A stretch of 63,713 bases of DNA, from assembly GCA_028598985.1 (NCBI GenBank), contig JAQRMV010000002.1, positions 1 through 63,713 on the forward strand, in the 5' to 3' direction. The stretch comes from Gammaproteobacteria bacterium (lineage in GTDB: Bacteria > Pseudomonadota > Gammaproteobacteria > Pseudomonadales > Balneatricaceae). Shown in pieces: positions 46,010 to 58,462 of this stretch (positions are counted from its first letter, which is position 1; every line of letters starts with the position of its first letter). The position numbers and the translations under genes are program-made. The notes beneath the pieces were generated by a model. That model had not been told where the DNA came from. It worked only from the letters and a program-made list of their open reading frames with translations, and ran no database searches.

Positions 46010-46426
46010 ATGGCGCTCAATAAAGCCCCCAACTGGTTGCAAAAAACATTAACTTATCAGGCCCTTGTTGTGGCACTGGTTGGAGTGGGTTTATCTATAA
46101 CAGACTGGGTTACGGGAATGTCCGTGATTCTTGGTGGTGCCATTTATAGCCTGCCTGCTTATTGGGCCTTAAGGCGAGAGTTTGCTCGTGGTAACAAGCG
46201 CAACTCAAACCCTACAGCCCTTGCAGATGCAAAGCTAACCTTGGCACAAATGTACGGCAATGAAATGCTTAAACTAGTCCTCACTGTTGTGTTGTTTAGT
46301 TTAGCCTTTGGTTTAGTGGCACCACTTAACCCATTAGCCTTGCTACTAGCCTTTACAGGCTCCCATTTGCTTGCGGCAATGTTGCCAGTGGTTATAGATA
46401 AACAAACTTCTACGAAATCAAAGTGA
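46010..46426 (+). CDS. atpI: ATP synthase protein I
   Basis: Four hydrophobic segments, YGNEMLKL motif, first gene of the atp operon. Confidence 0.8.
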   Translation: MALNKAPNWLQKTLTYQALVVALVGVGLSITDWVTGMSVILGGAIYSLPAYWALRREFARGNKRNSNPTALADAKLTLAQMYGNEMLKLVLTVVLFSLAFGLVAPLNPLALLLAFTGSHLLAAMLPVVIDKQTSTKSK

Positions 46427-46431
46427 GATAA

Positions 46432-47253
<822 letters not shown>

Positions 47254-47281
47254 TCAGGACCTTTTTACTTTTAAATATTAA

Positions 47282-47542
<261 letters not shown>

Positions 47543-47582
47543 AGGTCATCTTTAACCAACCCATACGGATGGAGGTCTTGCC

Positions 47583-48053
47583 ATGAATATGAACATGACA
47601 ATTTTGGGCCAGATCATTTCTTTTATTATCTTCGTGTACTTGTGCATGAAGTTCGTTTGGCCACCGCTTACCGCGGCCTTGGCAGAACGTCAAAAGAAGA
47701 TCGCTGAAGGTTTGGATGCAGCTGATAAAGCCGCACGCGAACTAGAAGACGCTCAGCAGTCTGTGGAAGCAGCACTGCAAGAAAGCAAAGCGCAAGCCGC
47801 TACTCTTATAGAGCAAGCTAACAAACGCGCTAGTCAGATCGTTGATGAAGCTAAAGAAACAGCGACAGCCGAAGCCGACCGTATTAAAGCGGCCGCTGCA
47901 GCTGACGTTGAACAGGAAGTTAACCGTGCCAAAGAAGCGCTACGCGCTCAAGTTGCAACACTTGTTGTTGCTGGCGCAGAAAAAATCCTGGGCGCATCCA
48001 TCGATGTAAACAATCACCAAGAGCTTGTCGATAAGTTGGCAGCCGAACTGTAA
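47583..48053 (+). CDS. atpF: ATP synthase F0 subunit b
   Basis: [17 protein letters not shown], long Ala/Glu helix. Confidence 0.95.
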   Translation: MNMNMTILGQIISFIIFVYLCMKFVWPPLTAALAERQKKIAEGLDAADKAARELEDAQQSVEAALQESKAQAATLIEQANKRASQIVDEAKETATAEADRIKAAAAADVEQEVNRAKEALRAQVATLVVAGAEKILGASIDVNNHQELVDKLAAEL

Positions 48054-48070
48054 GAAAAGAGAGGTTAACG

Positions 48071-48613
48071 ATGGCTGAATCCATTACCGTTGCCCGCCCT
48101 TACACCAAGGCCGCTTTCGAAACGGCATTGGCCCAAGGCGACTTGGGTAGCTGGTCGGAATTTTTGAATCTGGCCGCAGCTGTAGTTGCGGACGCAGACC
48201 TAGCCACAGTTTTGGATAACCCAGAACTCACGGCAGAACAAAAGTCCCAGCTGGTGACCGACGTGATAAGCGGCAGTCACCCCGTGTCCCAACAAGCACA
48301 GAATTTTCTGAACTTGTTGGCCGAAAACAAGCGCTTGTCATTGCTGCCAGAGGTTTCTAATTTATATGAAACCCTAAAGGCAAATCAGGAACAGTCGGTA
48401 GATGTATCTATCGTCAGTGCATTTGATTTAGGCAGTGAGCAACAAGATAAACTGGCTCAAGCATTAAACGCCATGTTGTCTCGCGAAATTAACATAACTA
48501 GTACTACCGACGAGTCATTGCTCGGTGGTGTCATAGTCCACGCGGGCGACCTAGTGATTGATGGTTCCGTTAAAGGCAAACTAGGCAAATTGGCTGAGGC
48601 CATGAATGCCTGA
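48071..48613 (+). CDS. atpH: ATP synthase F1 delta
   Basis: TVARPY, LLGGVIV, VIDGSV. Confidence 0.95.
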   Translation: MAESITVARPYTKAAFETALAQGDLGSWSEFLNLAAAVVADADLATVLDNPELTAEQKSQLVTDVISGSHPVSQQAQNFLNLLAENKRLSLLPEVSNLYETLKANQEQSVDVSIVSAFDLGSEQQDKLAQALNAMLSREINITSTTDESLLGGVIVHAGDLVIDGSVKGKLGKLAEAMNA

Positions 48614-48629
48614 GTGTGAGGAATAAAGC

Positions 48630-50174
48630 ATGCAACAACTGAATCCTTCAGAGATCAGTGAAATCATCAAGAAGCGTATTGAGCAACTTGATGTATCATC
48701 TGAAGCCCAAAATGAGGGCACAATTGTTAGCGTAGCCGATGGTATCGTATTGATCCACGGTTTAGCTGACGCAATGTACGGGGAAATGATTGAATTCCCT
48801 GGTGGTGTTTACGGCATGGCCATGAACTTGGAGCGCGACTCTGTTGGCGCTGTAGTTCTAGGTGACTACGAGGAATTGGTTGAAGGCCAAACTGCTCGTT
48901 GTACCGGCCGTATCCTAGAAGTACCCGTAGGCCCAGAATTATTGGGTCGAGTGGTAGATGGTCTAGGTAATGCTATCGATGGTAAAGGTCCGATCAACTC
49001 TGATCTAACCGACGCCGTTGAAAAAGTAGCCCCAGGTGTAATCGAACGTAAATCCGTAGACCAGCCAGTACAAACAGGCCTTAAGGCGATTGACGCCATG
49101 GTTCCTGTAGGTCGTGGTCAACGCGAATTGATTATCGGTGACCGTCAGACAGGTAAGTCTGCCATCGCCATCGATGCCATCATCAACCAAAAAGACACTG
49201 GCGTTAAGTGTATCTACGTGGCCATTGGTCAAAAGCAATCTACTATTGCTAACGTAGTACGTAAGCTAGAAGAACACGGCGCCATGGCTCACACCATCGT
49301 TGTCAACGCAGGCGCAGCTGACTCAGCCGCCATGCAGTTCCTATCGCCATACGCCGGTTGTACCATGGGTGAATACTTCCGTGACCGCGGTGAAGACGCA
49401 CTGATTGTATTTGATGACCTGACCAAGCAAGCTTGGGCATACCGTCAAATCTCTTTGCTACTTCGTCGCCCTCCGGGTCGTGAAGCCTATCCTGGTGATG
49501 TGTTCTATTTGCACTCTCGTTTGTTAGAGCGCGCATCCCGTGTAAACGCAGAATATGTTGAAGCCTTCACCAATGGTGAAGTGAAAGGTAAGACCGGTTC
49601 CTTAACCGCGCTACCTATTATCGAAACCCAAGGTGGTGACGTATCGGCTTTCGTACCGACTAACGTAATCTCTATCACCGACGGCCAGATCTTCTTGGAA
49701 ACTGACCTATTCAACGCCGGTATTCGTCCAGCCATTAACGCTGGTTTGTCTGTATCCCGTGTAGGTGGTGCAGCACAAACTAAAGTCATCAAGAAGTTGG
49801 GTGGTGGTATTCGTTTGGCATTGGCACAGTACCGTGAATTGGCAGCCTTCTCTCAGTTTGCTTCCGACTTGGATGACGCAACACGCGCCCAGTTAGAGCA
49901 TGGTCAAAGTGTGACCGAGCTGATGAAGCAGCACCAGTACTCGCCAATGAGCGTAGCCGAAATGGCTATCAGCCTATTTGCAGCTAACGAAGGTTTCCTT
50001 ACAGACGTCGCCCTTAACAAGGTTGGCGATTTCGAAGCCGCTCTAATTTCTTACATGAACAGCGAGCAAAGCGCCGTGATGGCCCAGGTTAATGAATCTG
50101 GTAACTTCAACGACGACATCGCTGCTTCTTTTAAGTCTGCATTAGAGCAGTTTAAGGCAACTCAAACCTGGTAA
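48630..50174 (+). CDS. atpA: ATP synthase F1 alpha
   Basis: [31 protein letters not shown]. Confidence 0.98.
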   Translation: MQQLNPSEISEIIKKRIEQLDVSSEAQNEGTIVSVADGIVLIHGLADAMYGEMIEFPGGVYGMAMNLERDSVGAVVLGDYEELVEGQTARCTGRILEVPVGPELLGRVVDGLGNAIDGKGPINSDLTDAVEKVAPGVIERKSVDQPVQTGLKAIDAMVPVGRGQRELIIGDRQTGKSAIAIDAIINQKDTGVKCIYVAIGQKQSTIANVVRKLEEHGAMAHTIVVNAGAADSAAMQFLSPYAGCTMGEYFRDRGEDALIVFDDLTKQAWAYRQISLLLRRPPGREAYPGDVFYLHSRLLERASRVNAEYVEAFTNGEVKGKTGSLTALPIIETQGGDVSAFVPTNVISITDGQIFLETDLFNAGIRPAINAGLSVSRVGGAAQTKVIKKLGGGIRLALAQYRELAAFSQFASDLDDATRAQLEHGQSVTELMKQHQYSPMSVAEMAISLFAANEGFLTDVALNKVGDFEAALISYMNSEQSAVMAQVNESGNFNDDIAASFKSALEQFKATQTW

Positions 50175-50252
50175 TGCAATCGGCCTCAGCTTATTGTCAA
50201 TAACTGAGGCCCAGCAATACCGAGGTAAGTTACTTAATAAATAGGTAAGCAT

Positions 50253-52533
<2,281 letters not shown>

Positions 52534-52596
52534 TTGTTAGGGCTAAGGCCGTTAGCAACCGCTAATGGCTTAAGCCTAGCTTAAGAGGATAATCAC

Positions 52597-53022
52597 ATGG
52601 CTACTAGTGTAGATTGTGACATCGTAAGTGCAGAAGAATCCATCTTTGAAGGTAAGGTCGAATTTATTTCACTTACAGGTACTTTGGGTGAGCTGGGTAT
52701 TTACCCAGGCCACACACCGCTACTGAGTGAAGTAAAACCTGGCCCCGTGCGTATGCGCATGGCATCCGGCGAAGAAGACATATTTTATGTGTCTGGCGGT
52801 TTTTTAGAAGTTCAGCCCCACAAAATCACCTTGATGGCTGATACTGCACTGCGTGCAGCCGACTTAAATGAAGCTGCTGCAGAAGAAGCCAGTCGTCACG
52901 CCGAACAGGCCATGGCCGACCAGACTTCCGAGTTTGAATACTCACGTGCTGCAAGCCAATTGGCCGAAGCCACCGCTCAACTACGCACCTTGCGCCAGAT
53001 TCGTCAGAAACTAGGTAAGTAA
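52597..53022 (+). CDS. atpC: ATP synthase F1 epsilon
   Basis: DIVSAE, GELGIYPGHTPLL, VSGGFLEVQP. Confidence 0.96.
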   Translation: MATSVDCDIVSAEESIFEGKVEFISLTGTLGELGIYPGHTPLLSEVKPGPVRMRMASGEEDIFYVSGGFLEVQPHKITLMADTALRAADLNEAAAEEASRHAEQAMADQTSEFEYSRAASQLAEATAQLRTLRQIRQKLGK

Positions 53023-53042
53023 GTCGTTAGTGCAAAGCATCT

Positions 53043-53069
53043 AAAAAGGCCTCGATTGAGGCCTTTTTT
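53043..53069 (+). terminator. Intrinsic terminator of the atp operon
   Basis: AAAAAGGCCTC-GATT-GAGGCCTTTTTT. Confidence 0.88.
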
Positions 53070-53184
53070 ATTGTCTTTATAAAATAACAATCTATAGGCT
53101 TCTAAGCTAGTCTTCCCAAGGGTTAAACAGCTCAGCCCCACTATGTTCCATGTCTTTACACATAAAAACGTCCATAGGCAATTG

Positions 53185-53214
53185 TGCTACAATCATACGC
53201 ATTCAACTGCGCAT
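53185..53214 (+). promoter_or_regulatory. Putative promoter/operator of the ccd relic
   Basis: Extended -10 TGcTACAAT followed by imperfect inverted repeat ATACGCA-6-TGCGCAT and an AGGA RBS. Confidence 0.45.
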
Positions 53215-53224
53215 AGGAAAAATT

Positions 53225-53559
53225 ATGCAGCCACTTTATGATATTGATGCACCTAAACGTGCTACCAACCCTAGCCGCAAAACGAAGAGTATTTTTCCAT
53301 ATTTGTAGATGTACAAAGTCACTTGATAGCCAGTATGGATACGAGAATTGTGATTCCTCTTGGCGTATTAGATCACTTCAAATACGGTGGCTTAGGCCGG
53401 CTGACTCCAGAGGTAGAATATGATGGACAGAGCCTCATTATTCTAACCCCTCAGATTACGTCTATTCATGCAAAGCCACTAAGCAACCCAATTGGCAACC
53501 TTGAGCACCAGCGAGAAACAATACTTTCCGCACTCGACTTTGCCTTTTCTGGGCTTTAA
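53225..53559 (+). pseudogene. ccdB: ccdA::ccdB toxin-antitoxin fusion relic (internal deletion plus frameshift)
   Basis: ATG 53225 gives MQPLYDIDAPKRATN (CcdA-like) in frame with NPSRKTKSIFPY (CcdB-like), then TAG 53306; the shifted frame continues VDVQSHLIASMDTRIVIPL...TPQITSI...LSALDFAFSGL. Confidence 0.8.
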
Positions 53560-53653
53560 GCTCGGCTTAAATTGCAGAAAATAAGTGAACTTTAGTGACC
53601 TAAAGCGTCTAAACTAAAGAACATAATTTCATACCGTTTCACAAGGATTGTTA

Positions 53654-55024
53654 ATGTCGTTAGAAGTCATTATTCTCGCCGCTGGTAAAGGCACACGTAT
53701 GTGTTCAGACATACCCAAAGTGCTCCATCCGTTGGCAGGTAAGCCTATGCTGGTGCATGCCGTTGAGCAGGCCCAAAAGCTGATGCCAACACACACGCAT
53801 ATCATTGTTGGCCATCGTGCCGAGCAAGTAGAGACGGTAGTCAAGCCGCTAGGCGCAACTTGCGTGCCCCAAGAACAGCAGCTAGGCACCGGTCACGCGG
53901 TGGCGCAGGCCATGCCAATGGTAGAAAATGACGCCACAGTCTTGGTTCTTTATGGTGATGTACCTTTGGTTCCTGCAACACTGATGCAGCAATTAACACG
54001 CCTAGCTGGGCAACCGAAACAGGGCGGCTTGGCCATTCTTACGGTGACATTAAACGACGCGACTGGCTATGGCCGCATTGTTCGTGATAACCAAGGTGCT
54101 ATTCAAGCCATTGTGGAGCACAAAGATGCCAATTCAGAACAATTACAAATTAAAGAAATAAACACCGGTATTTTAGCCGCCAAGGCCAGCTTATTGAATG
54201 CTTGGCTACCTCGTATTGAAAGCAACAATGCCCAGGGTGAAATATACCTCACAGACATTGTGGCGATGGCGGTGGCCGATGGTATAGATATTAACCATCT
54301 CCAACCAGAGTTTCCGCAACAAACCCAAGGGGTTAACGACCGAGTTCAATTGGCAGAGCTAGAACGCTGGTATCAACGACAACAGGCCAATCAATTATTA
54401 CGCGATGGTGTGCAATTAGCCGACCCTGCTCGTTTTGATCTACGTGGCGAGCTCACCACAGGCAGCGACATATATATTGATATCAATGCCATTATCGAGG
54501 GTAAAGTGCAGTTAGAAGACGGGGTGCACATTGGCCCCAATTGTCATATTAAAGATGCACATATTGGTGCGGGTACAAAGATACTAGCCAACAGCGTTAT
54601 AGATCAAGCCAAAATAGCGCAACATTGCAATATAGGCCCTTTTGCGCGCCTACGCCCAGGCACTGTGTTGGAAGACGGCGCCAAGGTAGGTAACTTTGTT
54701 GAAACCAAAAAAACCCTACTGGGCAAGGGCTCCAAAGCTAACCACTTTACTTACCTAGGCGACACGGTGGTGGGAGAAAGGGTTAACATTGGTGCAGGCA
54801 CCATTACCTGTAACTACGACGGCGTCAATAAATTCAAAACCATCATTGAAGATGGCGCTTTTATTGGCTCAAACAGCTCTATTGTGGCCCCCGTTACCAT
54901 TGGCGCTGGTGCAACCGTGGGTGCAGGTTCTACCATTACTAAAGATGTGGCCGATGACAACTTGGCTATTGCCCGTGGTAAACAACGCAACTTAGCCTCT
55001 TGGGCTAAGCCGGTAAAAAGTTAA
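53654..55024 (+). CDS. glmU: Bifunctional UDP-GlcNAc pyrophosphorylase / GlcN-1-P acetyltransferase
   Basis: ILAAGKGTRM, QLGTGHA, YGDVP, GPFARLRPG, CNYDGVNK. Confidence 0.96.
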   Translation: MSLEVIILAAGKGTRMCSDIPKVLHPLAGKPMLVHAVEQAQKLMPTHTHIIVGHRAEQVETVVKPLGATCVPQEQQLGTGHAVAQAMPMVENDATVLVLYGDVPLVPATLMQQLTRLAGQPKQGGLAILTVTLNDATGYGRIVRDNQGAIQAIVEHKDANSEQLQIKEINTGILAAKASLLNAWLPRIESNNAQGEIYLTDIVAMAVADGIDINHLQPEFPQQTQGVNDRVQLAELERWYQRQQANQLLRDGVQLADPARFDLRGELTTGSDIYIDINAIIEGKVQLEDGVHIGPNCHIKDAHIGAGTKILANSVIDQAKIAQHCNIGPFARLRPGTVLEDGAKVGNFVETKKTLLGKGSKANHFTYLGDTVVGERVNIGAGTITCNYDGVNKFKTIIEDGAFIGSNSSIVAPVTIGAGATVGAGSTITKDVADDNLAIARGKQRNLASWAKPVKS

Positions 55025-55039
55025 ACAAGGAAGAAACGC

Positions 55040-56860
55040 ATGTGCGGAATTGTTGGAGCTATCGCTCAACGTAATGTTAGCAGCATTCTAGTGGAAGGTT
55101 TAAAGCGCCTAGAGTACCGAGGCTATGATTCTTCTGGTGTAGCCATATTAAGTGACCAAGGCCTGCAGCGTACACGCCGAGTAGGTAAAGTGGCTAGTTT
55201 AGACGCAGCCCTAACATCTGACCCGCTTCACGGCAGGTTAGGCATTGCCCACACACGCTGGGCTACCCATGGTATCCCTAACGAAACCAATGCACACCCA
55301 CACTGGTCTCACAGCAGTCTGGCGGTAGTTCACAACGGCATTATTGACAACTTTGAATCGATTAAAGCAGACCTTGTGGCCACGGGCTACGGGTTTGAAA
55401 GTGACACAGACACAGAAGTCATCGTCCACCTCATTCATCGTAACCGTCAGCAAGGAATGTCTTTAACAGACGCAGTGCGTGATGCCGCAGGCCGCTGTGA
55501 GGGAGCTTATGCTTTAGGCGCGGTGGATGAGACCCAACCGGATTTATTGTTAGCCGCCCGTAAAGGTAGCCCACTGGTGATCGGTTTAGGTAGTGATGAG
55601 AATTACATCGCGTCGGATCAGCTCGCCTTATTACAAGTGACCGACCAATTCATGTTTTTAGAAGACGGCGACATTGCCGAAATAGGCCGCGCCCATATTA
55701 CGGTTACCGACGGCGTCGGAGCAATAGTACAACGCCCTAGTCATCGCTACGAACACAGCGAAGAAAGTAGTGACAAAGGCGCCTACAAGCACTATATGTT
55801 CAAAGAAATTAACGAGCAGCCCAAAGTCGTGGCTAACCTCATCTCACAGCAAGTGGTTAACGGCCAACTACAAAATATTTTGAGTGACAGCGATATTGAA
55901 GCGCTGTCTAAAGCCAACAACGTGCAAATCATTGCTTGCGGCACTAGCTACTTAGCGGGCATGGTGGCTAAATATTGGATCGAAAGCCTGGCAGGCATTG
56001 CCTGCCAGATAGAAGTAGCCAGCGAATACCGATACCGTCAGGCGGTTGTCCCTGACGACACACTACTGATTACCTTATCCCAGTCTGGAGAAACCGCAGA
56101 CAGTCTGGCGGCCTTACGCCATATTGATAAAACCAAGTTAGCGGCAAGCTTAGCCATTTGCAACGTGCCTTCAAGTAGCCTAGTACGCGAATCAGACATG
56201 GTGTTGTTAACCCAAGCTGGGCCAGAGATCAGCGTGGCCTCTACCAAGGCCTTCACCACCCAATTAATCACCCTGCTACATGTCACCCTACTATTGGCTA
56301 AACAGCGTACCGATATTGACACACAGCCTATTATTGAGGCCATGCAAACCCTACCCGGCGTGTTGCAGCAATGTTTACAAATGGATAGCAAGATTGAGGC
56401 GGTTGCACAACGCTTCGCCGACAAACAACACACCCTGTTCCTAGGCAGAGGCAGCATGTATCCCATCGCCTCAGAGGGCGCCCTAAAGCTAAAAGAAATT
56501 TCCTATATCCATGCCGAAGCATACCCCGCAGGAGAGCTTAAACATGGCCCCTTGGCCCTTGTGGATGCAGACATGCCCGTCGTGGTCGTGGCACCCAAAG
56601 ACGATATGCTTGATAAGCTAAAAGCCAACATGCAAGAAGTGCGCGCCCGTGGCGGTGAGCTATTTGTGTTTGCAGACGCCCATGCCAAAATGGCTGCAGA
56701 CTCCGCCACCCACGTCATTGTTGTGCCAGAAGTCCATGAGTTGCTAGCCCCTATAGTCTATGCCATCCCTATGCAGCTGTTGTCTTACTATGTGGCCATT
56801 ATCAAAGGCACGGATGTGGATCAGCCACGCAATTTGGCCAAGTCGGTTACCGTGGAATAG
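55040..56860 (+). CDS. glmS: Glutamine--fructose-6-phosphate aminotransferase
   Basis: MCGIVG, LEYRGYDS, HTRWATHG, SQSGET, ELKHGP, DQPRNLAKSVTVE. Confidence 0.97.
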   Translation: MCGIVGAIAQRNVSSILVEGLKRLEYRGYDSSGVAILSDQGLQRTRRVGKVASLDAALTSDPLHGRLGIAHTRWATHGIPNETNAHPHWSHSSLAVVHNGIIDNFESIKADLVATGYGFESDTDTEVIVHLIHRNRQQGMSLTDAVRDAAGRCEGAYALGAVDETQPDLLLAARKGSPLVIGLGSDENYIASDQLALLQVTDQFMFLEDGDIAEIGRAHITVTDGVGAIVQRPSHRYEHSEESSDKGAYKHYMFKEINEQPKVVANLISQQVVNGQLQNILSDSDIEALSKANNVQIIACGTSYLAGMVAKYWIESLAGIACQIEVASEYRYRQAVVPDDTLLITLSQSGETADSLAALRHIDKTKLAASLAICNVPSSSLVRESDMVLLTQAGPEISVASTKAFTTQLITLLHVTLLLAKQRTDIDTQPIIEAMQTLPGVLQQCLQMDSKIEAVAQRFADKQHTLFLGRGSMYPIASEGALKLKEISYIHAEAYPAGELKHGPLALVDADMPVVVVAPKDDMLDKLKANMQEVRARGGELFVFADAHAKMAADSATHVIVVPEVHELLAPIVYAIPMQLLSYYVAIIKGTDVDQPRNLAKSVTVE

Positions 56861-56890
56861 TTTTTCGCTATATAAATTTTATTCGATCCT
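56822..56890 (+). other. attTn7-type site (glmS 3' end); no Tn7 end visible
   Basis: Conserved glmS end (PRNLAKSVTVE codons) is the known TnsD target; the genes immediately downstream are non-core. Confidence 0.45.
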
Positions 56891-56925
56891 CTCAAAGCAT
56901 CATATGAGTAAATTTGTTTTACATC

Positions 56926-58392
56926 TTACATGTCTTTTGTATTTGCCACATATAGCATATATGGGTCAAAAATCATGTGGTCATCGGTGGACTTAATTGA
57001 GTTATTGCAGCAGTCGTCAAATTCAACATAGTTCTGGTCTCTAAACTTTTGAAGGTCCGGTCTAAAGCGATCAACGTATCGTGCGGACTGCCTTACTATT
57101 TGTTTCATATTTGTATTAGAACGGTCCCATTTTTCATACAAGGGGAGTTTATTAAAACTTGCCACTGTTGGGCCTCCCTTGCCACCATATGCTCCATTAG
57201 AAGCACTGTATTTGAGTAGTATATCTGGATTTTTGAGGACGTTAATCTGTGCAGCAACTAAGTCTTTGATACGCATCCCATTTGGCGATTCATGCTCGAG
57301 AAAGTCGTATCCTGCAATGGCTAATAGTTCAGTCCATGCCCCTAAGTGTAAAGGTATTTCACTTGAATATCCTAGTGCGGTTGCTCCACGACCTGCGGCA
57401 TAAGGTACAAAAATGCCTTCTTTATCAAACACCTTAAGCAGCAGTTTAAGGTTTTTAATACCGGTATTGAATAGATCTTGATTTCCAAGTCTCACACCTA
57501 GTGCAAGCGCACCAGTCGTCGCTTTTAGCATTGGACTACCACAAGTATCATGGCTCATCTTGCCACTGTTAAGGCCCTTTGCTAAGCGTGAAGTTGAATA
57601 ATAATCACAAGATTTCAAGCCTCTTGGAGCCGCGTTTCTCATGTCCACCTTTATCAACTGATCTGAGAAATAGGCTTCTACAATCTGGCGCTCTGCATCG
57701 GTATAATTAAAGTCTTCGTAGTGTATGGCATAGTAGCCCCCATACACTCCTAGATAACTTGCCATGGCATACATACGAAGTTGGTATTCACTAGCAGGCA
57801 TCGACTTACCAGGCAATTTGAACACTTCATCCGTAGACCATTTAAGCATCATGTCCTCAAGATAGTAAGGTGTTGTTCCGAGATGAGATAACTGTTGAGC
57901 CATGGTCAATAAGCAGATACTTATAGGCCTGTGATAGACATCAAATGAACCCACGCTCTGAGATTTAGCCACCTCAACTTTCATACTGGCTTCCCAATCC
58001 ATCATAAGATTAAGAAAGCAGCGGTCTACCGACGCTCCTTTCCAGTAAAAACCTGTTTTATTTGAAAATGCGCTTTTAATGGCGTTTCGTTCTTGATTGA
58101 ATGCCGTGCTATTTTTTATGAGCGACATGTTTTTTGAAAGGGTTATTTTATCCAGCGGATTGTCTAGTGGGGCCGCCTTTTTGGATTGGGACGATGGATT
58201 GGCGACCTGTTCACATGCGATCCCGCGATTAGCCGCTTCTTTAATATGCTCCTGACCTCCTCCATTTTTAACCAAGCGGCACACCGTTTTGTCGGACCAG
58301 TGGGACATGTCTTGCGCTAGCGCACTTTGGGCGAATGTAAGCAAGGCAACTGGCAGAATTACTCGCAATAAATAGATCATATATGTGCCCAT
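56926..58392 (-). CDS. Secreted Cys-rich hypothetical protein, paralog B (WSDKTVCRL module plus alginate-lyase-like helical domain)
   Basis: Signal peptide ending ALA-Q; clear similarity to 58463-59965; FDKEG...RGATALGY...ELL..AGYDF resembles alginate lyase (PF05426-like) C-terminal motifs; alternative start 58380. Confidence 0.7.
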   Translation of the reverse strand: MGTYMIYLLRVILPVALLTFAQSALAQDMSHWSDKTVCRLVKNGGGQEHIKEAANRGIACEQVANPSSQSKKAAPLDNPLDKITLSKNMSLIKNSTAFNQERNAIKSAFSNKTGFYWKGASVDRCFLNLMMDWEASMKVEVAKSQSVGSFDVYHRPISICLLTMAQQLSHLGTTPYYLEDMMLKWSTDEVFKLPGKSMPASEYQLRMYAMASYLGVYGGYYAIHYEDFNYTDAERQIVEAYFSDQLIKVDMRNAAPRGLKSCDYYSTSRLAKGLNSGKMSHDTCGSPMLKATTGALALGVRLGNQDLFNTGIKNLKLLLKVFDKEGIFVPYAAGRGATALGYSSEIPLHLGAWTELLAIAGYDFLEHESPNGMRIKDLVAAQINVLKNPDILLKYSASNGAYGGKGGPTVASFNKLPLYEKWDRSNTNMKQIVRQSARYVDRFRPDLQKFRDQNYVEFDDCCNNSIKSTDDHMIFDPYMLYVANTKDM

Positions 58393-58462
58393 CCTCTATG
58401 GTTGGTTTGGCATTGGAACCGTCCAAGAGCCAAGCTTCTTTTAGGCGACCCTTATCAACCCT

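Noticed and set aside
58400-58462. Hairpin between the paralogs (TTGGC..TTGGA-ACCG-TCCAA..GCCAA) as an integron attC site
   Set aside because: Lacks paired RYYYAAC and GTTRRRY ends, and no integron integrase is present; more likely an mRNA hairpin
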